64,000 bases of DNA. Origin: Thermoplasmatota archaeon (GTDB taxonomy: Archaea; Thermoplasmatota; Thermoplasmata; Thermoplasmatales; ARK-15). How positions within the stretch are numbered: position 1 is the first letter of the stretch; each line of letters opens with the position of its first letter. Both the position numbers and the translations under genes were made by a program. Of this stretch, positions 28,176 through 39,387 are shown one piece after another. The notes beneath the pieces were generated by a model. The model did not search any database. It had not been told where the DNA came from and was given only the letters and a program-made list of their open reading frames with translations. The stretch covers positions 11,719-75,718 of the forward strand of contig JAVRLB010000001.1 of NCBI GenBank assembly GCA_031961865.1, in the 5' to 3' direction.

Positions 28176-28889
28176 ATGAAAACTGAACCTTTGTATTATT
28201 ATGATTCTTACCTAAAAGAATTTGAAGCCAAGATCATAGATATCTCTGAAAATAAGGTGGTGCTGGACAAGACCGCTTTTTATCCAGAAGGTGGTGGACA
28301 ACCTGCAGATTTTGGGATTTTGAAGATAGGTAATAAAAGTCTTAAAGTTTTAAATACTGTAAAAGATTCTGATATTATATATCATATTTTGGATTCTTCC
28401 CCCGATAAGGATCTGATCTCTTCAACTGCCTATGGTATCATAGACTGGGACAGAAGATATGCACATATGAGGTATCATACTGCAATTCACATCTTGAGTG
28501 GAGTATTGTTCAAAAAATATAACGCTAAAATCACGGGATCTCAGATCGGTGAAGATAGGGCAAGAATGGATATAAATTATGAGGCATTGAATAGAGATCT
28601 ATTACCAATTATTGAAAATGATGCAAATGATATTGTAAAGAAGAGTCTGCCTGTTACTGTAAGATTCGAAGACCCGAAAAACCTGGATTTTAATAATATT
28701 GTCAGGGTAAAACTGGATCTTTTGCCTGAAAATCTAGAAACTGTGAGATTGATAGATATCGAGGGCTTTGATTATCAGGCAGATGGGGGAACGCATGTAA
28801 AAAATACTGCCGAAGTTGGAGCTATCAAAATTGTAAAATATGAAAGTAAGGGCAAAGCAAATAAGCGAATTTATGTTTCTCTAGAATGA
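28176..28889 (+). CDS. alaX: alanyl-tRNA editing protein AlaX (AlaXM type)
   Basis: tRNA_SAD editing motifs: HTAIHILSG (HxxxH) and DGGTHV. N-terminal beta-barrel [13 protein letters not shown]. 237 aa. Confidence 0.85.
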   Translation: MKTEPLYYYDSYLKEFEAKIIDISENKVVLDKTAFYPEGGGQPADFGILKIGNKSLKVLNTVKDSDIIYHILDSSPDKDLISSTAYGIIDWDRRYAHMRYHTAIHILSGVLFKKYNAKITGSQIGEDRARMDINYEALNRDLLPIIENDANDIVKKSLPVTVRFEDPKNLDFNNIVRVKLDLLPENLETVRLIDIEGFDYQADGGTHVKNTAEVGAIKIVKYESKGKANKRIYVSLE

Positions 28890-29963
28890 GAAAAATTTTC
28901 TTTTTTTGTTAGTTTCGCCATCAAATTCTGCCAGCAGTTCTCTCTGCCTGGACGTTAAAGATGTAGGGATCTCAACTTCAATATGCACAAAAAGGTCTCC
29001 ATTACCTATATGCCTCATTCTGGGCATACCTTTTCCTCTAAGTTTCATTATTGTTCCAGGCTGTGTTCCAGCCGGGATCTTTAATTTTTCAGTGCCGTCA
29101 AGAGTCTCTATTTCCAGTTCATCACCAAGTGCAGCTTTTACAAATGAAATTTTTTTGATAGTATGCAGATCGTCTCCATCTCTTTCAAACCTGGGATCTG
29201 GTCGAATGCGAACGATCACATACAGATCTCCACTCTGTCTTTTCCCCATCTCTCCTTTATCTGCGATTCTGAGCCTTGCACCATCCTGTATCCCTTTCGG
29301 GATTTTGACAGTAAGTTTTTCAGTGACATTTATCTTACCAGTGCCATTACATTTTTTGCATTTTTCCTCTATAATATATCCTTTTCCTCCACATACATGG
29401 CAAGGTTGTACAGTAACATACTGCATGAATCCGTGCACAGTCTGCTTTCTTATTTTTCCAGTTCCTTTACATAGGGGGCATGTTTTTGTTTTTCCATCTT
29501 TGGCGCCAGTACCGTTACATGCATCGCAGGTTTTTGATCGATTGTATGATATGTCTTTTTCCACTCCTGTATACGCATCTTTAAGAGTTATGTCAACGGC
29601 AATGCCAATATCTTTGCCAGTACCGCTATCTTCCTCATCATAAAAGTTTCCACCAAAACCCTTAAAAAACTGGTTGAAGAGATCTGATATATCCTCAAAG
29701 TGTGTAAAATTGCTCCAGTCAAATCCCTGAGATCCAAACTTTATGCCCTCTTCACCATATTGGTCATATCTCTGTCTTTTTTCATCATCCATTAGCACTT
29801 CGTAAGCTTCGCTGATCTCTTTGAATTTTTCTTCTGCCTCTTTTTTATTGTTAGGGTTGAGATCTGGGTGATACTTTTTAGCGAGCTCTCTGTATGCTCT
29901 TTTTATCTCATCTTTACTCGCAGTTTTGGATACACCCAGAATTTCATAGTAGTCTTTGCTCAT
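28881..29963 (-). CDS. dnaJ: molecular chaperone DnaJ
   Basis: J domain with KYHPD. Four CxxCxGxG zinc repeats ([32 protein letters not shown]). Confidence 0.95.
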   Translation of the reverse strand: MSKDYYEILGVSKTASKDEIKRAYRELAKKYHPDLNPNNKKEAEEKFKEISEAYEVLMDDEKRQRYDQYGEEGIKFGSQGFDWSNFTHFEDISDLFNQFFKGFGGNFYDEEDSGTGKDIGIAVDITLKDAYTGVEKDISYNRSKTCDACNGTGAKDGKTKTCPLCKGTGKIRKQTVHGFMQYVTVQPCHVCGGKGYIIEEKCKKCNGTGKINVTEKLTVKIPKGIQDGARLRIADKGEMGKRQSGDLYVIVRIRPDPRFERDGDDLHTIKKISFVKAALGDELEIETLDGTEKLKIPAGTQPGTIMKLRGKGMPRMRHIGNGDLFVHIEVEIPTSLTSRQRELLAEFDGETNKKRKFFSF

Positions 29964-31777
29964 TCTTTTTCACTTTTATCTTTGTACTCTGCATCAACGG
30001 TCTCATCTGTTTTTTTCTCTTCTTTGGGCCCTGCCTGCTGGTACATCGAAGCGCCAGCTTCCTGAATTTCTTTATTCAGTTTTTCAGAAGATTCTCTTAT
30101 TTTCTGATAATCTTTTGATTCAATTGCAGATTTCAGATCTTTGATTGCATCTTGAACCTTGTTTTTAGTTTCTTGTGGGATCTTGTCTCCATATTCATTT
30201 AATGTTTTTTCACTGGCATAAACCAGACTTTCAGCATTGTTAATCAGATCAATTTCTTCTTTTCTTTTCTTATCTTCTTCAGCAAATTTTTCTGCCTCTT
30301 TCTTCATCTTTTCAATTTCTTCTTTTGTCAGCTTGGTTGAAGCACTTATCGATATGCTTTTTTGTTTTCCGGTTGCTTTATCCTGGGCAGTAACATTCAG
30401 TATCCCATTTGCATCAATATCGAACGTTACTTCGATCTGTGGCACTCCTCTGGGAGCAGGCGGAATGCCTTCCAGATTGAACATACCTAAAGATACATTG
30501 TCTTTTGCTAACGTTCGCTCTCCCTGAACCACATGAATTGTGACTACAGTTTGAAAATCTGCAGCAGTAGAGAAAATTTGAGATTTTTTTGTCGGGATAG
30601 TTGTGTTTGCTGGAATTAAAGGTGTAGCAACGCCTCCGAGTGTCTCGACGCTCAAGGTTAGAGGTGTGACATCTAACAGTACAATATCTTTTACTTCTCC
30701 TGCAAGAACTCCGCCCTGCAATGCAGCGCCCAATGCTACGCATTCCATTGGATCCACGCCACGCTCAATTTTCTTGCCTAAAAACTCCTCTATAACTTTC
30801 TGCACGATCGGCATTCTTGTAGGTCCACCTACAAATATTACTTTATCTATGTCTTTTTTATCCAACTTTGCATTCTCTAAAGCATTAGTAATGGAAATTT
30901 TAGTTTTCTCTACAATTGGAGATACAAGCTCTTCTAGCTGGGCACGTGTAATCTGCATTACAAGATGTTTTGGTCCATCTTGATTTGCAGTGATATATGG
31001 TAAATTTACTTCTGTGGCAGTTGAAGTTGATAGCTCAATCTTCGCTTTTTCAGCAGCATCTCTGATTCTTATAAAAGCACTTTTATCTTTTTTGAGATCT
31101 ATTCCTTCTTTCTTTTTAAAATCATTGATTATAAAATCTATAATTGCGTTATCCATATCTGTGCCGCCTAGTTGAGTGTCTCCAGCAGTGGATAACACTT
31201 CAAACACTCCACCACCAAATTCCATGATTGTTACATCGAGTGTTCCTCCACCGAAGTCGTAAACAAGTATTTTCTGCTCTTTTTCCAATTTATCTATACC
31301 ATAGGCCAATGAAGCTGCAGTAGGCTCATTAATTATTCTGACTACTTCAAGTCCAGCAATCGCGCCAGCATCTTTAGTAGCCTGCCTCTGGTTATCATTA
31401 AAATATGCTGGTACAGTGATTACTGCTTTACTTACTTTTTCTCCCAAAAATGATTCAGCATCTTTCTTAATCTTTTGAAGAATAAATGCGGATATCTGTT
31501 GAGGAGTATACTCTTTCCCAAATATTTTATATTTATAATCTGTTCCCATCTTTCTTTTTGCAGCATATATTGTGCCTTCAGGATTTAAAAGTGCCTGCCT
31601 TCTTGCAGGTTCTCCGACCAGTAACTGTCCATCTTTTGTAAAAGCCACATAACTTGGAAAGGCTTTGCCACCTATGCTTATTCCTTCAGCGCTAGGAATT
31701 ATAGTTGGTTTTCCAGATATAATAACTGCTGCAGCTGAATTGCTCGTTCCTAGATCTATTCCTAATATTTTTTCCAT
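29960..31777 (-). CDS. dnaK: molecular chaperone DnaK (Hsp70)
   Basis: [27 protein letters not shown] signatures. 605 aa. ATGA-type overlap with dnaJ. Confidence 0.97.
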   Translation of the reverse strand: MEKILGIDLGTSNSAAAVIISGKPTIIPSAEGISIGGKAFPSYVAFTKDGQLLVGEPARRQALLNPEGTIYAAKRKMGTDYKYKIFGKEYTPQQISAFILQKIKKDAESFLGEKVSKAVITVPAYFNDNQRQATKDAGAIAGLEVVRIINEPTAASLAYGIDKLEKEQKILVYDFGGGTLDVTIMEFGGGVFEVLSTAGDTQLGGTDMDNAIIDFIINDFKKKEGIDLKKDKSAFIRIRDAAEKAKIELSTSTATEVNLPYITANQDGPKHLVMQITRAQLEELVSPIVEKTKISITNALENAKLDKKDIDKVIFVGGPTRMPIVQKVIEEFLGKKIERGVDPMECVALGAALQGGVLAGEVKDIVLLDVTPLTLSVETLGGVATPLIPANTTIPTKKSQIFSTAADFQTVVTIHVVQGERTLAKDNVSLGMFNLEGIPPAPRGVPQIEVTFDIDANGILNVTAQDKATGKQKSISISASTKLTKEEIEKMKKEAEKFAEEDKKRKEEIDLINNAESLVYASEKTLNEYGDKIPQETKNKVQDAIKDLKSAIESKDYQKIRESSEKLNKEIQEAGASMYQQAGPKEEKKTDETVDAEYKDKSEKE

Positions 31778-31784
31778 ATTTAAT

Positions 31785-32348
31785 TCACCTCTTTTTCAAA
31801 ACTTTAACTTTAGCGGGTTTTAATAGTGAATCATATAAAAGATACCCTCTTTTATATTCTTCTATTATAGTCCCATCTTCCCCATCGCCTTCTTCTGTAG
31901 CGATAACTTCGTGATAGAATGGATCAAACCTCTTGTTTTTTGTATCAATCTTCTTCACACCGAATCTTGTCAGTGTGTTCCATAAATGCTGTGTTATTCC
32001 TGAAACAGCATTATAAAACTGGTCTTTTACGCTTGATTTTTCTAAAGCTAGCTCCAGATTTTCTAGATCGTCCAGAAGATCGAGTATCAATTTTCTGTTC
32101 GCAGATTTTATGAATTCATCTTCTCCTCTCTGTATTACTTTCTGATAATTCTCAAAATCAGCCTGCATTCTTAATAACTTATCATTATATCCTTTAATGC
32201 TTTCATCTAACGATTTTATCTTTTTTTCAAGTTCTTCAATTACCGCATCTTTTTTGGCCAGTGAATCAGTACATTGTTGAAGCTTATTTTTCATTACTTC
32301 TTTTGTTTCTGTTTTCTTAGGCATATTGATCCATCCTGAAACTCTCAT
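31785..32348 (-). CDS. grpE: nucleotide exchange factor GrpE
   Basis: Coiled-coil N-terminus, [11 protein letters not shown] and FDPFYHEVI motifs. Located upstream of dnaK. The start may be the MPKK Met at 32324. Confidence 0.9.
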   Translation of the reverse strand: MRVSGWINMPKKTETKEVMKNKLQQCTDSLAKKDAVIEELEKKIKSLDESIKGYNDKLLRMQADFENYQKVIQRGEDEFIKSANRKLILDLLDDLENLELALEKSSVKDQFYNAVSGITQHLWNTLTRFGVKKIDTKNKRFDPFYHEVIATEEGDGEDGTIIEEYKRGYLLYDSLLKPAKVKVLKKR

Positions 32349-32615
32349 TCGGTATTTTATTTCTTCTATATATACCTTTCTTAAAATAAATCATTTTGTG
32401 ATATTAACTTGGCTTTTTGGCTATTATACTGATTTTTTCCATATATATCTTTTTAATATAATTTTTTTTATAAACCTTGAGATTGCCTAAGAATAAATAG
32501 TTAGAAAAGAGAAGATCCTAACGAATGACAAGAGCCACCAAAAGAAAAGCCAGAAGAAATAAATTTTTATCAAAAACGCAGGATAGTGATTAGAGATATG
32601 GATTCAACAAATCGT

Positions 32616-33023
32616 TTATCGCAGGCTAACAGGCTGAGCAGAGGTTGGGTCAGGTTCGACAAACACGGCAGTGCCAAAAGCCAAGACTTCTGTAGTGGCA
32701 TTACCTATTTCTGAGGTGTCGAAGCCCACTGACAATACTGCATTGGCACCAAGGCTCTTGGCGTTGTCACAAAGACGCAGAAGAGCAGTATGACGAGCCT
32801 GTTCTAGAAGTTTTGTGTAAATCTTTATTTCTCCTCCTGCCCAACTTCTGAAGTAGGCTCCAATGTTTTGACCTAATCCTCGCGACCGTACAATAAGGCC
32901 AAAGGTGGTTCCTATAACCTTAGTTACGCGATATCCTGGAACGAACGGCGTGGTAACTACAAGAATGTCCTTAGGTGGAACAATGAGCGGATTAGATTCA
33001 ATAGATGATGTATCATTTGACAT
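32616..33023 (-). CDS. YbjQ/UPF0145 (DUF74) family protein
   Basis: GYRVTKVIGTTFGLIVRSRG...GGEIKIYTKLLEQARHTALLRL...LGANAVLSVGFDTSEI...VLAFGTAV is the typical YbjQ pattern. Noticeably higher G+C than the neighbours. Confidence 0.8.
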   Translation of the reverse strand: MSNDTSSIESNPLIVPPKDILVVTTPFVPGYRVTKVIGTTFGLIVRSRGLGQNIGAYFRSWAGGEIKIYTKLLEQARHTALLRLCDNAKSLGANAVLSVGFDTSEIGNATTEVLAFGTAVFVEPDPTSAQPVSLR

Positions 33024-33178
33024 TAAAAAAAGTATAGCTTTATTTAATATATAAACTTTAAAATAGCTTTTTTATCTTGTAAAATCGTAAAATAACTCAT
33101 TTTATTTAATTCAGATATTTTACAACTAATTTTATATACTCATAACCTATCTCAAATATATAAACAGCGAGGATTTAT

Positions 33179-33520
33179 ATGCCATATTATAAAAAGAATA
33201 ATGAAAGTACTGAAATGGAGATTACGAGAGTGCCATTGCCTAATAAGAATAATGGCGAGCTATTTGGAATAGTTGACAAGCTGCTGGGTAGTGCAAGAAT
33301 GACAGTAATGTGTGAAGATGGTAAGGCTAGGACGATCAGAGTTCCAGGGAAAATCAAGAAGAAAATGTGGATTAAAGAGGGAGATCTAGTAATACTAAAA
33401 CCTTGGAGCTTTCAAGATGATAAGGGAGATATCGTCTATAGATACTCTCACACACAAGCCTCTTATTTGAGTAGAAATAGGCTATTGCCTGAAATTTTGG
33501 ATGTATTTGGAAAAGCATGA
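33179..33520 (+). CDS. eif1a: translation initiation factor aIF1A
   Basis: S1-like OB fold: GELFGIVDKLLGSARMTVMCEDGKARTIRVPGKIKKKMWIKEGDLVIL. Confidence 0.9.
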   Translation: MPYYKKNNESTEMEITRVPLPNKNNGELFGIVDKLLGSARMTVMCEDGKARTIRVPGKIKKKMWIKEGDLVILKPWSFQDDKGDIVYRYSHTQASYLSRNRLLPEILDVFGKA

Positions 33521-34281
33521 TAAATGAAGATTATAGAGAATATGTTAACAGAAAAATAAAGATTGAGAGGCAGATAAAAAGTTCGGAAGATCGCAATACC
33601 TATGACGAAGTATTTGACAAGAGAACAATGCTGGCATTTTATTATCTTTTTAACCATAGAATATTGGATACACTTAATTATTCAATATCTACGGGGAAAG
33701 AAGCGAATGTTTTCATAGGACAAAAAGATGGAAAATCATATGCTGTTAAAGTTTACAGAACTTCAAATGCCAATTTTAATGCGATAATTAACTATATTGA
33801 AGGAGATTACAGATTCGATAAAGTTAAAAAAACTAAAGATAACATAATCTATTTATGGGCACAAAAAGAGTTTAAAAATCTTGAGATCATGCATAAATAT
33901 CATGTTCGCGTTCCGAAGCCGATAATATCTTATCAAAATATATTGATCATGCAATATCTAGGCACATCTAAATCTCCTGCCCCAATCATAAAAGATGTGA
34001 AATTAGAAGATCCGGCAAACGTATTCGAGGAGGTAAAGAAATCCATCTTGCTAATTGTAAATAAGGCGAAACTGGTTCACAGCGATCTCAGTGAATATAA
34101 TATTCTATATTATAGAAAATTGCCATATATAATAGATGTAGGACAGAGTGTACCTTTAAATCATCCTTTAGCCATAGAGTTTTTAAGGAGAGACATAGAA
34201 AATATAGTAAAATATTTTAATAAGTATGGCTTGAAGATTAAAGAAGATGAAATATTTAAAGGATTGAAATTTGGCGATTGA
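33517..34281 (+). CDS. rio1: RIO-type serine/threonine protein kinase (Rio1)
   Basis: STGKEANVF, AVKVYR, LVHSDLSEYNIL, IDVGQSV motifs. ATGA overlap with aIF1A. Confidence 0.9.
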   Translation: MINEDYREYVNRKIKIERQIKSSEDRNTYDEVFDKRTMLAFYYLFNHRILDTLNYSISTGKEANVFIGQKDGKSYAVKVYRTSNANFNAIINYIEGDYRFDKVKKTKDNIIYLWAQKEFKNLEIMHKYHVRVPKPIISYQNILIMQYLGTSKSPAPIIKDVKLEDPANVFEEVKKSILLIVNKAKLVHSDLSEYNILYYRKLPYIIDVGQSVPLNHPLAIEFLRRDIENIVKYFNKYGLKIKEDEIFKGLKFGD

Positions 34282-34282
34282 G

Positions 34283-34819
34283 ATGTTTTATTTAAAAGTT
34301 CCAAAGATGAGAATTGGTGCATTGATAGGAAGGAACGGAGAGACCAAAGAAACTATAGAGCGCTCTACAGATACAAAACTAGAGATAGACTCTGAGGATG
34401 GATCTGTAGTGGTAGATGACACTGGCAGTGATCCTATATCTGCAATGAAATGCAGGGACATAGTTCAGGCTATAGGGCGTGGTTTTTCACCTAAAAATGC
34501 ATTTAAACTATTCAACGAAGACATGTTTTTAGAGGTTATTGATTTGAAAGATTTTTATGGTAAGCGTGAAAAAAAAGTTCATGTGGCGAGGTCTAGAGTT
34601 ATCGGCACTGATGGAAAGGTGAGAAGAACTATAGAAGAATTGACAGGATCGAATGTTTCTGTGTATGGCAACACGATATCCATAATTGGCAACTTTGATG
34701 AAATTGAGCTTGCAAAAAAGTCAGTTGAAATGTTGTTGGAAGGTAGCAAACATTCGACAGTATACAAGTTTTTGGAAGCAAAGAACAGGGATGAAAAGCA
34801 TAAAGTAGACTATTATTAG
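34283..34819 (+). CDS. KH-domain RNA-binding protein (Dim2/Pno1-like)
   Basis: Two KH motifs (IGALIGRNGETKETIE, VIGTDGKVRRTIEELTG). Conserved position after rio1. ATG at 34283 is preferred to the TTG at 34271. Confidence 0.75.
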   Translation: MFYLKVPKMRIGALIGRNGETKETIERSTDTKLEIDSEDGSVVVDDTGSDPISAMKCRDIVQAIGRGFSPKNAFKLFNEDMFLEVIDLKDFYGKREKKVHVARSRVIGTDGKVRRTIEELTGSNVSVYGNTISIIGNFDEIELAKKSVEMLLEGSKHSTVYKFLEAKNRDEKHKVDYY

Positions 34820-35388
34820 ACCTTAGAATGTGATTCCCCGAAATAGATGGCGCTCGCAATTATATGAGATATTCTTACAGGCTCTGGAACGGCGCCCTTG
34901 ACTGTAAATAACTTAATAATTTTTACAGCATCTAAATCATCAATTCCTAAATATTGGGTAAAAATTTCGGAGTTATTATTTATAATTTTATGAATTTCTA
35001 ATTTTTTCATCAAATCTAGTTTCATTTCCCAGCCTGAAAAATGTTTTTTAAGAGCGGCCTCAATTTTTTGAAAATCAGGCATTTTCCTGGATATTGTAAT
35101 TATCGGAATACTGTATTTTTTGTATACTTTTTCCAGATCAAGAACATTAAATCCTCCGAAAGTAATGCCATTTGTGAAAATTACACGGATTTGATCCAAA
35201 AACTTTGAAGTTTCAAGAAGTTCAATTAACTTAGATGTTACATCATCTCCATCTACATTTATAGATTTTACTATGATACCTTCTATATATGCCTGTGCCC
35301 GCATCACAGTGCCTACAATTCCACTTTTTTCGGATCTAAGCTTGAACGGTAGATCGTCTATACCCAGTGCTCTTATATTTTTTTTCAT
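34816..35388 (-). CDS. DUF99/UPF0215 family protein
   Basis: ALGIDDLPF...VGTVMRAQAYIEGI...VDGDDVT...IFTNGITFGGFNVLDL pattern of UPF0215. Confidence 0.7.
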   Translation of the reverse strand: MKKNIRALGIDDLPFKLRSEKSGIVGTVMRAQAYIEGIIVKSINVDGDDVTSKLIELLETSKFLDQIRVIFTNGITFGGFNVLDLEKVYKKYSIPIITISRKMPDFQKIEAALKKHFSGWEMKLDLMKKLEIHKIINNNSEIFTQYLGIDDLDAVKIIKLFTVKGAVPEPVRISHIIASAIYFGESHSKV

Positions 35389-35391
35389 GTC

Positions 35392-35745
35392 TTATAACAG
35401 TGGTAGCGATGATGTAATCTTATCCAGAAATTCTTCTTTGTCTGGTCCTATACCAAGGCAAGTAATAGTCCCGGGAGGCACTTCTGTCAGTCCTGCATCT
35501 GTGATAAGAGCAGTAACAAACCCTATGGCTTCTGCCTTTTCTTTCAATAAAAACAGCTCTTTTTCATTTTTAACCTTTAAAACCACCTTTTTCTGGCCTT
35601 CTCTGTACCATCCTTTAAAAACATCCGGGATTCTATCTTTAGCTTTAATTGCGCATTCTACAGAAGCATGTGCCACCTGTGCCGCTAACTTACCTTTAGA
35701 TAGGGTAAGATCATCTCTTACAACAATAACAAGTTTATATTCCAT
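35392..35745 (-). CDS. pth2: peptidyl-tRNA hydrolase Pth2
   Basis: KLVIVVRDDLTLSKGKLAAQVAHAS...ITDAGLTEVPPGTITCLGIGP. Confidence 0.92.
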   Translation of the reverse strand: MEYKLVIVVRDDLTLSKGKLAAQVAHASVECAIKAKDRIPDVFKGWYREGQKKVVLKVKNEKELFLLKEKAEAIGFVTALITDAGLTEVPPGTITCLGIGPDKEEFLDKITSSLPLL

Positions 35746-35976
35746 CTTAGATTACATATATCAAAATTGTATTTAATATTTTACGATATTAGATAATTTA
35801 ACAAGTAGTTTTTTTTGATAAAAAAGATATAACTATTAAGTTGTGAGCGCCCAGACAAGATATTATTTTTTGTGTTATAAAATGATATAGATCTGGACTG
35901 AGCGGTTGTGGTTATAACAGTTAAATAGATATATATAATTAGCATATCTTTCTTAAAATAATAAAGGTGCTAAAAA

Positions 35977-36363
35977 ATGTCATGGAAAGATGTAGAAGTA
36001 AGAGAACTGAAAGAAGGACATTATATAATTATCGACGATGAGCCTTGCAAAATTGTAGAATTCACAACATCCAAGCCAGGGAAACATGGCGAGGCAAAAG
36101 CCAGGATAGTTGCAATTGGGGTTTTCAACAACCAGAAAAAAAATGTGGTATATCCGGTAAAGCATAAGGTTAAGTCCCCAATTATAGAGAAAAAGAATGC
36201 ACAGGTGCTATCTGTTCAGGAAAACACAGTGCAGTTGATGGATACATCAACCTATGAAACTTTTGAGATGGATATACCTGAAGAGTTTAAAGGGCAGATT
36301 GTCGCAGGCTCAGAGATACAGTACTGGGAAGCGCTTGGAAAAAGAAAGATAATGAAAACATAA
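35977..36363 (+). CDS. eif5a: translation initiation factor aIF5A
   Basis: Hypusine loop [18 protein letters not shown]. 128 aa. Confidence 0.95.
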   Translation: MSWKDVEVRELKEGHYIIIDDEPCKIVEFTTSKPGKHGEAKARIVAIGVFNNQKKNVVYPVKHKVKSPIIEKKNAQVLSVQENTVQLMDTSTYETFEMDIPEEFKGQIVAGSEIQYWEALGKRKIMKT

Positions 36364-36370
36364 GATAAAT

Positions 36371-37231
36371 ATGCCACATCTGTTAAAATATGCGGATTCT
36401 AATGCAGATTTTGAAGAAGCAGAGTTTGTGATATTTGGAGTTCCGTTTGATGGAACTACTACATATCGTGGGGGCGCGAGATTTGCACCTAATGCGATCA
36501 GAGAAGCATCAATCAACATAGAATCTTTTATCTTTGAAAAAAAGTTTAGCATGAATAATGTAAAAATGCATGATATGGGTAATATGGAAGAAAAAGGATA
36601 TGTTGAGGATGTGATATCAGAGGTAGAGTTCTATGTTAATGATATTCTTGACAGATCTAAGTTTCCAATTATGCTGGGTGGAGAGCACTCTATAACCACA
36701 GGTATTGCAAAAGCACTTAAAGAGAGAGATGCAGCAATAGTTTTTTTAGACGCGCATCTGGACTTTAGGAAAGAATATCTGGGAGTAAAATATAGTCATG
36801 CATGCGTTGCAAGGCGCAGTTATGAACTTTTAGGAAACAATAGAACAGCAGCATTTGGAATAAGATCCATTTCTGAAGAAGAATACTATGAGGCATTAGA
36901 AAAAAAATATTTTTATATTTCTGCTTACAATTTCAGAATCCTTGGCTGGAAAAATGCCATTAATCAAATTTTAGAGAATATTTCCTCTAAAAAAATATTT
37001 TTGTCATTGGATATTGACGGTATAGATCCTTCATTTGCGCCAGCAGTAGCCACTCCCGAACCATACGGGTTAGATCCTTATGATGTGAAGCAGATAATAG
37101 ATTATCTTGGTGATAGGTTGATTGGTGCAGATATTGTTGAGATCTCTCCGCATTATGATCAAGGCAATACTGCAATGCTTGGGGCAAGATTGTTGCAGGA
37201 AATAGTATCTTCTAAAAATATGAAAAAATAG
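36371..37231 (+). CDS. speB: agmatinase (arginase/ureohydrolase family)
   Basis: Mn-binding motifs GGEHSIT, LDAHLDF and SLDIDGIDPSFAP. Directly downstream of aIF5A. Confidence 0.85.
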   Translation: MPHLLKYADSNADFEEAEFVIFGVPFDGTTTYRGGARFAPNAIREASINIESFIFEKKFSMNNVKMHDMGNMEEKGYVEDVISEVEFYVNDILDRSKFPIMLGGEHSITTGIAKALKERDAAIVFLDAHLDFRKEYLGVKYSHACVARRSYELLGNNRTAAFGIRSISEEEYYEALEKKYFYISAYNFRILGWKNAINQILENISSKKIFLSLDIDGIDPSFAPAVATPEPYGLDPYDVKQIIDYLGDRLIGADIVEISPHYDQGNTAMLGARLLQEIVSSKNMKK

Positions 37232-37288
37232 GATTTTTACAGTTTTCATAGAAAAATTTATAATACAAAATATTAATAATGCCTTTAA

Positions 37289-37969
37289 ATGAAAGCAGAT
37301 TTTCTGGCGGGATATAAGCAGGCTTCAGAATCAATTATTCGCGAGTTAAAGGAGCTCTTAGATAAAATGCAGATTGACGAGCCTGCCAAGAAAGAGCTTT
37401 TAATGTTTATAAATGAAAAGCAGAAAAAAATGATGATATTGGAAAAGAATCTAAAATCAAGAGCTATGCAGAAACCAGATTATAATTTATCGTTGGGGAA
37501 ATCATATATAATCAATGAAAAGAAACCAAAGTTAGTATTTAGCATATTCAAGCAGGTACTTGACAAGAACTATCCAGGCATATGTGTGTCAAGGATGCAC
37601 CCTTCAACACTGGATATATATAAAAATTACCCGAATGTGAACTATTACTGGCTCACAAAATTAGACAGGGGTACAAATAGTTTAGGAGCTAAAGAGTTAC
37701 CAGTCACAGATCTCAGCAAAATCTCATCAAAAGTGCAGGAATTTCTGTCACAAAATAATAACAGCATCATTCTTTTGGACGGGATAGAATCCATGATAAA
37801 TAACACTAATTTTAATTCTGTATTAAAGATGGTAGAAAGTTTAAAAGATTACGTGTCAGAAAATCATGGTATTTTGCTGGTCACTTTAGATTTTGATATA
37901 TTAGATGAAAAGCAAAAAAGTTTTATTATGAAAGAGTTTGAATATGTATTTGAAGAAACAAAAAAATAA
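37289..37969 (+). CDS. DUF835 domain protein
   Basis: C-terminal pattern PGICVSRMHPS...YYWLT...IILLDGIESMINNTNFNSVLKMVESLKDYV...LLVTLD, as I remember for DUF835. Confidence 0.5.
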   Translation: MKADFLAGYKQASESIIRELKELLDKMQIDEPAKKELLMFINEKQKKMMILEKNLKSRAMQKPDYNLSLGKSYIINEKKPKLVFSIFKQVLDKNYPGICVSRMHPSTLDIYKNYPNVNYYWLTKLDRGTNSLGAKELPVTDLSKISSKVQEFLSQNNNSIILLDGIESMINNTNFNSVLKMVESLKDYVSENHGILLVTLDFDILDEKQKSFIMKEFEYVFEETKK

Positions 37970-38485
37970 TCAGTTTTTAAACTGATTAATCTCTATTTTG
38001 CAAGGGGTAGGTAGCTTCATGGTTGCTTTTCTAAAAGCTTCTTTGGCCTTATCTAAATTTTGAGAATCAATTCTTAGCAAAAATAATACCTCTCCTGCTT
38101 TTACTCTGGCCGCTGTGCCAACAGGTCTACCAAATGCCAAGCTCATGCCACTTGATATTCTATCTGCTCCAGCACCAGTAGCCATTTTATGTTCTCTTAA
38201 TATGTGGTGAGGATATTTGATAATTTTCAAATAATAGTTAACTGTACCAACAGCAGACATCAAATATTTATTTGCAGAGATCCTGGCAGCTTCTAGGGAG
38301 GTATGTCTGATCTGGCAAGATTCAACGGCTCTAAGCAACAATTCATATTCAAAGCGAGTTTGATTTTTAAGATCTCCATGCTCAAACTGTTGAATTCTAG
38401 AGGCTGGGACTCCGGAAATATACTCTCTTCTCGAATATGCTGGTCCTGTTATCTGTCGATACATTCGGCCTGGTTTTTTTGTCAT
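37970..38485 (-). CDS. rpl10e: 50S ribosomal protein L10e (uL16)
   Basis: MTKKPGRMYRQITGPAYSRREYISGVP... and RMSLAFGRPVGTAARV. Start placed at the second Met. Confidence 0.9.
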   Translation of the reverse strand: MTKKPGRMYRQITGPAYSRREYISGVPASRIQQFEHGDLKNQTRFEYELLLRAVESCQIRHTSLEAARISANKYLMSAVGTVNYYLKIIKYPHHILREHKMATGAGADRISSGMSLAFGRPVGTAARVKAGEVLFLLRIDSQNLDKAKEAFRKATMKLPTPCKIEINQFKN

Positions 38486-38580
38486 ATAAGTACACACCTT
38501 TTTTTTCTTACATATTAAGTGAGTATATTAATTTTTTGAATTATTTTTGTATAACTAACTTATAGATAAACTATTTAAAT

Positions 38581-38934
38581 ATGTATTCATTTAGAGAAAT
38601 CATGAACACAAAAGAGTGGATCTTTCGCGGTACCATTTCTTTACTTATATTAAGATATTTATTGGACGGGCAATCACATGGTTATGCACTGCAGAAAAAG
38701 ATTTCGGAAGATGTTAAATATAATTTACCGGCCGGAATGATCTATACGCTTTTAAAATCGTTAGAAAAGAAAAAATTCATAATGGAGAGCGTAGATACTA
38801 AATCAAAAGGAAGAGTCAAAAAGACATATGTAATTACTGAGCGTGGCAGATCATTTTTAAAGAATCACAGAGAACCTCTTTTGATTGCTTACAAGATATT
38901 AGGAGAATTAATTACAGTAACATCACAAATGTAA
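38581..38934 (+). CDS. PadR-family transcriptional regulator
   Basis: LLILRYLLDGQSHGYALQKKI...GMIYTLLKSLEKKKFI...KKTYVITERG. Confidence 0.8.
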   Translation: MYSFREIMNTKEWIFRGTISLLILRYLLDGQSHGYALQKKISEDVKYNLPAGMIYTLLKSLEKKKFIMESVDTKSKGRVKKTYVITERGRSFLKNHREPLLIAYKILGELITVTSQM

Positions 38935-39024
38935 ATTAACGGTTTCAAAAATTAAAAAACTATCAGAAAAATTTATTAATGAATTACATATAATCCATCA
39001 AATTGCTATTTAGAGGAATTTATT

Positions 39025-39381
39025 ATGACAACTAAAACGAATATTGAGCTGATAGATCTTATCAACAATTTAAAAAAGCAGTCGTTAGATGAAAAAGTGA
39101 AGATTTGGAAAGATGTAGCAATCAGGTTAGAAAAGCCTTTAAAGAATTTTGCAGCAGTAAATGTGAGCAAAATTGAAAGATATGCTAAGAATGAAGATAC
39201 TATATTAATACCCGGCAAAGTATTGGGTGCTGGAAATTTAAATAAAAAATTAACTGTAATTGCATACAGGTTTTCAAAAGAGGCTAAAGAGAAGATAGAG
39301 GCTATGGGAGGAAAAACTTTGAGCATAAAAGATGCTTTAGTTCAGAATCCAAAAGGAAGTAATATAAGGATATTCAGGTGA
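39025..39381 (+). CDS. rpl18e: 50S ribosomal protein L18e (eL18)
   Basis: Sequence pattern (IWKDVAIRLEKP...AVNVSKIERY...VLGAG) and the conserved L18e-L13-S9-RpoN order. Confidence 0.9.
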   Translation: MTTKTNIELIDLINNLKKQSLDEKVKIWKDVAIRLEKPLKNFAAVNVSKIERYAKNEDTILIPGKVLGAGNLNKKLTVIAYRFSKEAKEKIEAMGGKTLSIKDALVQNPKGSNIRIFR

Positions 39382-39387
39382 GCTCAG

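Noticed and set aside
28906-29643. 245-aa ORF (and 29163-29474) antisense to dnaJ
   Set aside because: Shadow ORFs opposite a clear DnaJ gene. The composition is Ser/Pro/Cys-rich nonsense.
35841-35910. Possible C/D-box sRNA upstream of aIF5A (AATGATA ... CTGA)
   Set aside because: The C box is imperfect (AUGAUAU). The C-to-D spacing of about 11 nt is too short. No matching C'/D' pair or terminal stem was found.
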